A stretch of DNA of 64,000 nt from Phoronis australis (Eukaryota; Animalia; Phoronida), in NCBI GenBank assembly GCA_002633005.1, contig NMRA01000140.1, positions 558,001-622,000 on the forward strand, read 5' to 3'. The notes under the pieces are model-generated. The model worked only from the letters and a program-made list of their open reading frames with translations. It made no database searches and had not been told where the DNA came from. A program made the position numbers and the translations under genes. Of the stretch, positions 12,401-24,670 are shown in pieces; positions within the stretch are counted from its first letter, which is position 1, and each line of letters begins with the position of its first letter.

Positions 12401-15400
12401 TTATCAAAACACCAAAATCTTTTTGAAAGTCCACGCGTGACAAGTTTTTTTTAAAGTAATGCGTTATCTGATGAGAGCGTAACAGGAAAAATTATCCCAT
12501 TTTCTTTTATCAGGTATTTTGCTTTTGATTAGCTGAACAAATAATGAATGCTGGGGCTACAGCTTAATTTCCATTCATGTTACATGGCTGACGAAATGCG
12601 ACACTCCCAACCAAAACCAGAAAACCGTTGAAAACAGTGAGTGTTCGTCTCATGGATCATGGCGCTTCATCAATGAATTTGTACAAAAACTGGGAGACGA
12701 CTATTATTACCCTCTGTATCACAAATACTGAGTATTTAATATGTGAATCGGAACAATTACTGCATTAGGGACTACTGCCAGGCAATAAAATATTGGTCCA
12801 CACAATTTAAACTGGTGATTTTCCAAAATTGTTTGGCTTCCGAAGTAGACTTCTTCGTGAAGAGTTGGTCCAATTTTTACCAGAAAAAATACTTTAAAAA
12901 TCGGTCATAAGTGATGGTTTTGTTTTGCTGATTACTGCTTTCAATTGGGACATCTCAACCTGTATGTTTTAATACGCATTTTCCTCTATCTCAAAATTCG
13001 ACGTCACCAAAAATTACACTTTTTCAACAAAATGAAAATATTGAACTTGTTACTCTATACACAATAATCTGTTTACAAAATGGAATATGCAGAATCGTTC
13101 AACCTCATGACTTCAACACTGTATGACAATTTTAGTGTAAAACAAAACAACATCTGCTCAAGTTGTATTTATCCAAACCAAGTTGCAGCAGAGGATATAT
13201 GGAGTCTAGGAGGCAGTCACTTGCACTATGTTGTGTGCTCACTGGTCATGTCTGTACTGTAAAATTGAATTCTTCATTTTCTCGTAGTGTGCTCTATACA
13301 CCTATCATAAACCACACGTACGGTAATATACATACCATGTCGCCATGTAATGAGTCAATGAAAAACTGAGCAGTTGTATTTTTCTAAATTATTTTAATGC
13401 ACATTGAAGATTTATAGAGTAGTTGCTAAAGGCTAACTCAGTACTTACATCACATGTTTCTGGTGTGCTAACATAACATAACACAGAAATGCATGAAAAA
13501 ATGGACAAAAGAACACGAAATAATGAAAAACAGCATTGCAATTTTAAATAAAACAGAATCTAAGAACTGAAGACTTGGAATCTTTTGAATATACCATTAG
13601 ATTGTGGAGTGTGAACAGTCATTATTCTCCATTAACTGCCATGCAAATGGACAAGCAGTTGAATCACATATATATTTAGTTTCAGGGCTCCATTGATTTT
13701 AAGATCTATTGCTCTCTGATGAGTGAATTTTGAGTAACCCAGCCTGACTGTTAATAATGCGCTGAATATTGACTCGATACTACACCATGTTGGTTGTGGA
13801 TATACAGAAATATGGTAAACATATTCAAGTGTAAGTCAACAGATGCATGTTAGCGATTGTTCTTAAAACATCAGACAGTCTATAAATACAACAGACCTGA
13901 AGACTTGAATTATGCAAAAAGAGAAAGCATGCAACCTCATCAGAATTTTACATATACATATAAAAAAATTTGCACACTCCACAGATGTCATGGTTCAATA
14001 AACAGCATCAATAGCAAACAACGTTTTATGGGTTTTACAATTCTTCCACTTGGTCTGTGTACTTGATGATGTCGAAAAAACTCCAAGGATGAAATTTAAA
14101 TGTTTTCGCATGATTTGTACACTACTGCCAAAATAGCATGGAATTTGTCATTCTGAGGTGGAAAAAAGTTTTACTGTTGCATTGTAGGTTGCATTGCATT
14201 TGTGTGAGGTGCCATGAAATAGTCTTCTTTCATTGAACTCAGAACTGTGTTAGTGGCCCCCCATTTTGGAAACTAAGTTAATCATATCATGCATTTTTCT
14301 ACCTCCACAAATAAAGACCAAAGAGTTTGAGATGCAGGAATTTGAGTCTCTCATATTTATTAAAAATCCAAGAATATTTCTGAAAGCTGGTGAGACAGTG
14401 GATTTTACAATAAGGGCATTACATTGTTGAATATCTTGCCTAAAGGGAAATTTCTGGTAACTGTTAATCAATAATTAATACCTTAGCTAGCAAATGCACA
14501 GATTACTATAACCTAATAGGACTTCAGACAGAAAATCAGGAGAAGCTTTGTTCAAAACAATATAATGACAGCGAAAAATAAAAAAGCTCCCAGAAACAAC
14601 TCTGCAAAATCCTACATGTTATTGAAAAATAAAACTCCGCCTTTGAAAACAACCCAATGGGCCTCAAACCAGATTTTTTTGGCAAAAATACATTAATTTG
14701 ATTTAGAAATGAATTCAACCGAACAAACGTTACATGATGAAAACATATATCATAGTAAGTCATTTTAAAGCCGTATTTCAATCTGCTCCAATGGTTAACA
14801 AACAAAAATTGACATGCATTTTACTCTTATAAAATCAGCCTCGTAACGTTCCTTACCATGGTGGGATTCTATTTCTATTATCAACAAGGGCAAGAGCATC
14901 AAAACTGTCAGTGATTCGAGAAAATTCTTCAACGTTTATTACAGTTTGTCAACTCTAAAATCGCGACTTCAAAAGTGGCACATGTACACTTGCCTGTGAC
15001 TCAAGTTATTATGAAACGGAATCCTATTAGGATAAGGAGCCTTATAAGATCGATTTTAGCAGAGCAAAAAGCCTAATTTAATATTTGTTTTTGGCCATTT
15101 AAAACTGGGTGAAATGCAGCTTTACAATTGGACAAGGACAGCCTCAGGGGGGGATGCAATGCAAGTCACAAATGTTCTCCTCCCTAAAACACACCTGCCA
15201 CCTTTCTCCATGATCCTTCAAGAAGTTTAGAAGGTATGAAGGCAGATAACAAAGGACAAAAAACAACACAGTGGGCGCAACATAGGTCAAATCCATCTCA
15301 AAAGGGCATGTGCTCTCATCTATGTCATAGTAACTTATCTGCCAAATCCATCAAGGAATTTGGTTGATATCAAGGCAAACGCAAAGAAAACAGAACTGGC

Positions 15401-16552
15401 ACCGAGTGACTCCAGGTCCGATTTGTCCCAAATCCAAGTCAGTTGTGCTATCCGCAATAGGAACAATGTCAAATTTCACGACGATCTATCATGGAACTTG
15501 AGCCACAGACAAAAAACAGAAGGCACCACAGTAATAAGACCTGTTCGAAAATTGCCAGACATGAACGTACCAAGTATGAACTACTATGCCAATTTAGGCC
15601 ATTAAAGAGACAGGAACAAAAACATGAGGATAATCAAAATAGAACTTTTATTATTTCTAAGAAAAAAATCAAAAGTGGTATCAAACGATAACAAAATCAT
15701 AATTTAATTATTAACAGTTTTTTTGAAATTTCCTTATGCACATGTATGTCACAAAAATTTGGTCACATGATCGATACTGTAGTTTTGCAAGGAATTCACC
15801 CTTCTTTTTTCATGGACCATGCTAAAAACACGTGTAGTGTGATCCAATTAATAGCAGTATAAAAAGAAAATATAAACCGTTACAGAGTTAAAAGCTAGAA
15901 GGTTGTAGGTAATCGACTAAATGCACCAACAAGCCAGTAAGGTCCTGCAGACTAATAGCTTATAGGGTTATTGGAGACACAACAGCGAAGTCTGCAGGAC
16001 ACCAAAAGGACGTGCAGATAGGGATGATGGCATAATGCACCCACAATGCACCTGTGGACAGATAAATGAGTGCGCATTCCACTCAGTTCGGGGTTAACCT
16101 TTATTGCAAACTGCAACATAATACGCAGTGTTTCAGATGATGTTTACGTTTCATCTTCCCTTCACAGTAATTTCAAACTCTAATAAGCTGTGAGCGGAAA
16201 TTGTGCCCGAGCATTTGCTGATTTCAATTTCTGCACTTTTTATAGTTCAATTAAAAAAACGGGGTACCAGCATCTTATTAATTAACCTGTAAACCTTGTG
16301 AAGTGAGTTCAGGGCCTCAGCAAAATTAGTGCATAAAAAGTGTTAACTCTTGAGGATTAACATCAATGTTGCCGCCAGGACAACTCCATTAATTGTGCCC
16401 GCCATGAGTGCATATGTCTGAACTATATAATGCACATTTAATTACGAAGTGGACAACTGCATGCACGGACGATATCACCACCAGGGCTTGAACCTCACAC
16501 ATATGACATGGAATGTCACAATTAAAACACAGACTAAGAGTTGAATTCTCAC

Positions 16553-16669
16553 CAGCTCATCTCCTTGAATAAATCTGTACTTCTCATCAGCTCTCATAGA
16601 TCCATAGTCTTCCATCGCCATGCCTGTGTCTCCATTTAAAGTATTGCGTTCGTATCCATAAGTGGCCAT
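16553..16669 (-). CDS. Candidate distal alternative first coding exon of anoctamin (MATYGYERN...IQGDEL)
   Basis: actATGG start context, 39 codons, CTG|gtgaga donor in phase 0 compatible with the acceptor at 6297. Confidence 0.55.
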
Positions 16670-18800
16670 AGTCCCTCTGACAGTAACTGTCACTGGCTAC
16701 TTCATGCTATAAGCACAGCTAAAATGAGGGTACAATCATCATTCTAAAGCCATCAATTATTAACAACCCACAGCCAGGATGTGCAATTTTAGCAAGGTTA
16801 CTGAATCTCAAGAGACACGCTATTAAAGTTTGATGGGAATTCAGCTTGCCACTAGAAAGAGGGAAATGGTCACATGCACACAGCTTAGGTCACACACATC
16901 TCATGATGGGTTAGACAATCCACAGTCCTAACTCTTGAAAGCCCCAAACCCCAACTGTCTGGCACTTATGCCTCTGGTGTTATTACATCATACTTCAGAG
17001 CTTACAATAAACCACACATAAGCAATCCCCTCCTATGGCCATTCATGAGGACTTGTCAAGCAAAACAAGGGTAACCCACTCACTCAGAGAGTATAATAGA
17101 CAAAGTTCACCACACTGACTCAGTTGTGTAATGACAAACTACAGAGGTGCTACATGTGTTGAAAAAGACTATGTAACCTCTGACTGACACAATTCTATTG
17201 TGAAAGCACAAACATTGCAGGATGTTTTTCAGCAAGAAAAAGTGACAAAAGTGTGACTTTGATTGTTCAGTGTAAATTGTAATGGAAATTAAGACATAAT
17301 TGATTTACTGACTGGTGATTTTCTTTCCACTTCATTAGTTTATAGGTATCTGAACATACAATGATTAGGCAGTGAAAACATGTGTAGACTTTCAGAATGT
17401 TTTGGAAGGGGAGGGGTGTGTGTGGAGGGGTAATGGGCTGACCTGTTGTTGTACCTCAGCCTTGGTAAGGGACAGTAAATCGCTCAAATAAAACGTGGAT
17501 CATATAGTGAGGGACTTTACATTCCTAACATCACCAGTTGTACTTTAAGACACCTCACCACGCTCTTACACAGATAAGCTGAAGTCTACAAATCCACTTA
17601 AAAGTCACTTATGAGGAGGGTACAGAGCATCAAAGGATTTAACCTGTTTACACACCTGAAAAATAGCTTACCTGTTGCTGTTACCGACGGTGATATGCAG
17701 ACGTCCAAGTGCAACAAATGTAAATGACATCTGCTGGTTAGCAGTTTCATATCAACCTTGGCTGAATCAATAAATTGCAGCATTGAGCTGCCGCGTCGTT
17801 TTTCTAAAATACTGTAATTCCCTGGCTCCCAGCAGAAAATTATTTTCTTCTTGCGCAATTGAATTACCTATTGATTTTTGTCTCTCACTGAATAGTCAAA
17901 GATGCGAAATGTAATACACAACATATGCTTGAACGGCATGGATAGGCTTGTACAGTACTATAACACAGCAAATTGCAAGCTATTGATTTTAACAAGTTGC
18001 ATCTCATTAGAATACAAAATGTTTCTATGCTCTGAATCGAATACAAGTCTGTTTACACAAGAAATTTTGAAATGTTATGGTATTCTCTGAAATGTTATGG
18101 TATCCTCTGAAAAAGTCAACAGCCTATTGACCTTGATAAATGGCAAGTTTTCAATAGCAAGCAAAACTAGTGTCTAAAACTTGTACTGACATTTTCAATT
18201 GGTTATTTTGGATGTCATTAAGTTAATAAAAAATTGCAAAGAAGAATTCTTTGTGTTTTAATAACATGTTTCTTCTGAGTGAAGTACAAAATAATGTTTA
18301 ATTAAATCGATGGACACAAAATTGGAATTTCACTGAAAAAGAATTCTCCCGACGCAGCACATTTGCCTTGGGTTCTGTTTCATAAAAGTGACTAAAGAAA
18401 GAAATTTGTTCTTTCGCTGCCCATTTTATAATTGACCTATCGCAACTCCATCCCCCTGCGAAAAGTCGACTAACAATAATTTTTACCAGACAATGTTTTG
18501 TTTGTTGGGTAAAATGGCGGCTTGGAAACGAAGGTTTGCTAAGAATGCTGCGTTCTAATTGGTCAGTTAAGCTGACTCAAAATAGGTTAATTGCTGAGTA
18601 AATGTTAAACCAAGTAATTATGACCATACCACAATCTAGAAAAAACTTAGCGATTATCTCGGAACCTCACGGTTAGGTGTATAATCTCAGAGACTTTGCA
18701 CCTTAGCTCACAAGTGAGACTTAGTTATTATTTTTTAGAAATTTTATTTTTTCGAAATAGTTGTGCAGAGCATAAGACCAAATTTCCGTCTTTTCAGTCT

Positions 18801-18969
18801 TACCGTAATCGTTCGGGTTAACGCCCATGTTCGGTTAACCGCCCATCCCCTACTTCAGGTGGATTTTCGATTTCAAGTTAACCGCCCACTGCTCGGTTAA
18901 CCGCCCTCCCCCGATTTTTTGAATTCGCCAATTTAACCGCCCAGGGCGTTAACCCGAACGATTACGGTA
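18801..18969. mobile_element. MITE of Tc1/mariner-pogo type with TA target duplication
   Basis: Perfect inverted ends TA-CCGTAATCGTTCGGGTTAACGCCC ... GGGCGTTAACCCGAACGATTACGG-TA; internal ttaaccgccc motif reiterated four times. Confidence 0.88.
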
Positions 18970-21065
18970 AGTATATGGTGAAACATACAACTGGCATTGA
19001 TGGCTGCCCGACTCCCACGGAAATTGTGCCGTCCTCTTTTGTTGATGTTTGCTAGACAACAACTCCAAGGACCTCTACTATGTGTCACATATGATATTGT
19101 CATTTTATAACATTTTGAATCACCAAATAAATGGGTGCGCTGACTAGTACTGAGAAAAAATCTTCAATTTGAGACATTAATTGCTAGAAATTGATTTTTT
19201 TATTTGTAAAAAGTTTATACCCCATTGTCGCAAATGATCATCAAAGTCAGTTGTGTCACGCAATCTCTGCTAACAATTAAGAACACCTTTAAACCTCATT
19301 TTTATCCATAAATCAGACCATAAAAAGTCTACCTGATACCTGTATTGTGTTGTATACTGAAGAATTTCCCCATAATTACAATGCATTATGGGAAGAAGCG
19401 TATAATACAGTACCAACATGACTACAGGGGCAACTTGAACACAACATAAAAACAGGAAGTACTGTCAAATCCATGTCGTACTTTTCAATTTCCATACCAT
19501 TAAGTCACCATCAAACATTATTGTGAAACAGTTTGGACTCTTACAAAAATGGCAAAAGCCCTACGGCAGTCCTGGCAATTACCTGTGTCTGAAATCGGTG
19601 AGACGTTACCCTCACATTTCACTGAAACAGTGTTACAAAACAAGTTGCCAAGTGCACTGAAATGGATCTATTCTCTGAAAAGATCAATAACAATTTTAGT
19701 CAACCAAAGTACTGAAAGAATTCGTTAATATAATCTTAGCACAATTTCGTAAAAATGATACTTTTTAAAGGATTCCAGGAACTTCACAAACCATATAATT
19801 CAAATGTGAACCGCCGTGACATCTCGTCAATATGCAATGGCAACGGTTTGTGATAAAAATATTCACAGTCTCTTGATTTACACAAAAGAATAACACGCAA
19901 TTTTTACAAGTGAACAAGTTTCAGTGGAAGTCAGTCAACTGGTAAACTAATTTCACGTCTCTACCTTACTGGGAAACTGCTCATGCTCCAACAAGTTTGT
20001 TGTGTATTTCTTGTCCCTTTGGCCTACTATTTTGTAGTGTGACCCTTTATTCAGTACCCTTCATATTCAACCACTGTTGCTCCTCACAGCAGTTTTCATT
20101 TGTTTCCTATTAGGGCATATAGAACAAAGAAGGGCTCTTTGGAGATGTCTTTGTAATGAAATAAAGGAGTAGATGCCTTTTGGAGTGACAACCAGACACC
20201 TTACAAAAGACTCATTTGTGAAAATTCAAAAAAGAAAATAAAACCACCACAAGTTGCAAAAATGGTCCATTTTGGGTATTTTCTATCCCAAAGAAAACTC
20301 CTTTGCAGTGAATTAAATTGGAAAAGGTTCCTTTTAGTGAGGAATTAGACCTTGAAAACCCCCACCTGAGCAGTACACTAATGCCTGTAGGCGCACCTTG
20401 TGTCTTGAGTACTCATGGCCTTATTGTGCACTCTGCTGTCTGTCAACAGGACTGAGTTATTACAAATCACTAAGGGAAAAACATGTCTGCCACCCACTGG
20501 AGACAGCTATAACCCGAAACAACTTGAACACAGGCACCATTTTGTTGATATAACTTCAGAAAAAATGGTGGTGGAACTGATCAAATGGAAATATCAACAA
20601 TCTGAACAAAGTCGCCATTTTGCAGAGATGTAACTTGTGCAAAAAATGTGGAGGAAGTGTCCACATGGATTAAGAGACTATAGAACTGCAAGGGGTCAAA
20701 AAATTTCAGCTGTCACTATGCAAAGTGGCTGGGATGTTATGGATTTCAGGGAATATAAACAGGGCATATTATTATGGGTGACTAGAGTAAGCTAATCCAC
20801 CAAAAGGGCGAAAAAGTGAGTACAAATGCCTCCATTCATTAATATTAATTCATTATTAAAAACCTTGATGATATAGAATCTTATGTGTAGATGTCTGTAC
20901 TCATGTGATAGCATTTTATATAAATAAGTGATTGCTTATTTTTTATGGAGATCGGTGAATTTTCTACAAGCAATTTTTTGTGCAAAAAAGCGGAAAAAAT
21001 TCCATTCCACATTTTCTATTCAGAAATTAAAATCTCGGCAAGACCAAAACAACAACTAAAAAATC

Positions 21066-21224
21066 AAAATTTATCACGCAAGGATGAATAATTTATCACG
21101 TCAAGACCAAAATTTAACACATCACTGACGTCAAGACCTAAAATCTATCGCACCACGACTGAAAATTTATAAGCCAGAACAGTCTAAATTTATCACGCAA
21201 GGAAAGAAAATTTTCAAGCCAGGA
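21066..21224. repeat. Degenerate minisatellite (~22 bp unit aaaatttatcacgcaaga)
   Basis: About six to seven imperfect tandem copies visible. Confidence 0.6.
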
Positions 21225-24200
21225 GACCACATGACCTTCCATGATGATAGTCTGCTGTGTCTCTACAACACTCACATGTATTCAAGTCTAATGTGTCCAA
21301 AATGCCAAGTGTACATTCAGTTAATTGACTTATGTCATTAGCAGGAAAGAGACAAGAAATTATTAATAAAACCTCATTGTCACCACTATATGGCTGTAGT
21401 CAGCAAGACATTGTTGAACACAACAAATCCCTCAGGAGGGGTCAATGCTTGTGGATGTTCATGTGCCGTGGTTTCCTGGCATGAAAATTTTCTGGCGTCG
21501 TGAATTTCGGTCCGATGTATTAAATTTTCAATCTTGGTGAGATTTCATGAAAAATTGTGACTTTCCATGGATTAAACTTTCCATGATTTTGTGCACCAAG
21601 CATGCAAATCCTGTTTTTATTCTAATAGTTGCAAAATGTGTCTGGCATTTTGTTTTAAAGCCTATTAGCCCAAAGGCTTGGCTGTCATAAATGGCTTTTT
21701 TCAAGGATTATTGATGTGTTCATTTTCAACAGTGGAGATCTCGAACAAACCGCGAAGGAAACTGCAGACACAGTTTTGTATGAAATTGAATAAAAAGCAG
21801 AAGTTTCATACAAAAAACTTGTTTGTACAGATCGTGTCGATCTCCTTGAAAAATCAATATTGTTAAGAAAAACACAATTACGTTTTTACAGACACCTGAG
21901 TATTAGTTTCGTAAACATGATGATACTGTGATGACCAAGGATTTTCAAAATACAGTTTTGTGCAGTTTGATCCTTGGCAACAATGGTAATCGATTTCTTT
22001 GACAACTGTAAGAAACCTAACATGAATATGGCAATCATTCACTAATATATCCCGCACACCTCATTTCGCATGTCCAAAATTATTTGAAAATAATAACCTG
22101 TTGTCCAGACTTATTTTGCATGAGGCAACTTGGTGGAAATTTCTTGCCTCAACTACTTCGCAGGGTCAGTTTTGCACTTCAGGGTGTCCAACCCAAAGTC
22201 TGCGGTGTTCGTCAATTCTAGTAATATACACCTCTTTAACCGTGTTGACCAGGCCTGAAAATCACATATTTACCATTTAATTCACCCATTTGAATAGCAG
22301 ATACCTCAAGCTAATGCAAATATGAGTAGAAAGGACACCTGGTGTCATATACTTAAAAATGTATTAGCATGCTCCTAACTAATGCTAATGTATAGCAGGA
22401 ACTAGACGATGGAACATCATCTATGCTAAACAAAGTACAGTTGTATTCATTGACAACTAGTAAACGGAAAAACAAAAAAAATCTGCAAATAAGAGACCTT
22501 TGCACTAATGACGAAACTTGAGAGCTCACATAACTTGTTATTTCCCAACACCAGGTCAGGATACTTACTAGACAGGGTTGATTGATTTACGGCAGCTAGA
22601 TTTTCCACATAAACTTGTTCTTAAAAACATTTGGCAATTTTCAATCTACTTCATATTCACATCCTCGCTATATGTCGAGTTTCTAATTAATTTGACCAAG
22701 CAGTCACAGATAAGGAATTAGCGAGAGACTTCCACTTTAAAAGGGTGTTTCACCAGAGATGGGGTAAAGTACTCTTATATGAGATAAAGTAATCTAACGA
22801 CATTTTAATTGGGTCGCTTTGGCAACACATACGGCAAATTTCCTTTAATTCCCACAGGGGAGTTGGCGATGCTTGATTTCGCACACCCCTCAACTACAAA
22901 GTATGTAATATTCAGATTTAATTTGGCACACTCTGACTGACACGAAAACATTAATTTATGTTGTGCTAAATAAGTCGAAAGTTACTGTATGATCACTTTG
23001 GGCACTTAATTTTGTCCGAAATTGATAACAGGCTTAGCATATTCAGAAAGACCATGCGAGCCAAAAATGAATCACAATTCTCAAAATGTATTTTTTGTAA
23101 ATTATGCCAAAATAAAGTTAAAGAGGTGAAGATTTACTATAGGTCACATAATCATTAACACATGGGTTTAAGATGAAGGACACAGCAGGACTGAATTACA
23201 TTAAACTTCAAAATTTATTGTTACAACATGATGTTGCCAAAAATGTCATTCAACAACACCAATGAATATGACCTACAATTGGCTGAGGTCACAGAAGTCA
23301 TGCATGCTAAAACTTTGAAGCATTGGAACAAGCTATAGTCTATAGACAGTGGGCCCACAGAACTCCCGAGTCATAGCCAACTGCTACAGCACAGGACAAA
23401 CGTAATCAGACAATACTGCTTCCCCACCATGGCCATGAATTCTTTGAACAGCAAAAATGAACAGTTATGACTATTATGGCTATGAAAATTTTAATTAAAG
23501 AATGCCATAGACCCCATGTTAGCTGTCGTGTTCATAGTATTTCCCCTTCATTTGCTACTCTGACGGTCAATTCTGCTTCTGCCCAGCTGCCATGACACGA
23601 AATTCTGGATGAATTTACAGAGTACTTTTGACATGTCCTGTAGATGGCACTGTTAGTGTAGCATCATATTTCCATCATGACACTCAGTCACATATTTCCT
23701 CAGTATCCACCCACTCTTATATGATCCAATGGTCTACCTGCATAGTTAGACATATGCTTTTGTAAAGCTGCCCGTGCCCATAACCAGAATTGGGTTCATG
23801 CAACATGCTTGAGGAAAAATCAACAATCGAGATGCCAGTGAAACTTTAACTTGGGTTGTCCAGAATGGTAGAACTTGACTGACAATAACTATTTGAATGA
23901 AAAGTAGAAAAATGGACAGTCAGAAAACAATCCCTAATACAAGGGACGACACCAAGTGCCTATAAGTAAAGCTTAGCAATATGCTTCTATTAGGCTGGGG
24001 GGGGGGGACATAGCTCAAGTCTTGTCATTTGGTGACCATTTTAGGGAGGCAACTTCATTTTTCCTGTGTAGACAGATATATCTTCGAGCATTTGGTATTA
24101 AAAAAATCCCCGCATTTTAAGTTGCGCATTTGTTGTAAATAGCAGTTATTTATAGTCTCATCAGTAACACAGAATTATTTAACAAGATTTGATGCTGTAA

Positions 24201-24443
24201 ACTGCTTCTTTAGCCAATCACAAACTCAGAAATTGAGAAAGTGGACAAGATCATAATCATTAACATGCGATAGTGGTATATTTTATATACATTAATAATT
24301 TCTAAAATATATAAATTATACCACTATCACAAACATACTGATGATAAAATGAAACTTGTACAAGGCGGAAATCTTTAATCACATTTATTTTTTGGTCAAA
24401 ACATGAGCACGAACTTTAAAATTAGCGCGTAAGTAAACGAAGA

Positions 24444-24670
24444 CATATTGACCAGATGTTTCGGTTTATTCGCTATAAACCATTTTCAAGGGAGAAGTTC
24501 ACATTATGCGGAACGCTATCTCAATAGAAACATTGCTTCATTTGAGCTCCGTTTCGATTTCTGATCTCTCTCATTTTGACGTGTACCTTAGTGTATAGTC
24601 TGTTCTACACCTGTGTAGCCTGATTGAATAAAGTGAACTTTTGCCTTGAGAACGGTTTATAGAGAAATCT
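24444..24670 (-). mobile_element. Possible Penelope-like element terminal-repeat remnant with degenerate hammerhead-like motif
   Basis: Minus strand reads TTGAAAA-t-ggtttat(agcga)ataaacc-GAAA-cat...atg-TC; partial inverted copy ccttgagaacggtttatag at ~24644-24662. Confidence 0.35.

Noticed and set aside
12465-12500. CTGATGA...GAAA hammerhead core
   Set aside because: No stem II or stem III pairing.
21066-21224. CRISPR-like array
   Set aside because: Degenerate tandem units without unique spacers, in eukaryotic DNA.
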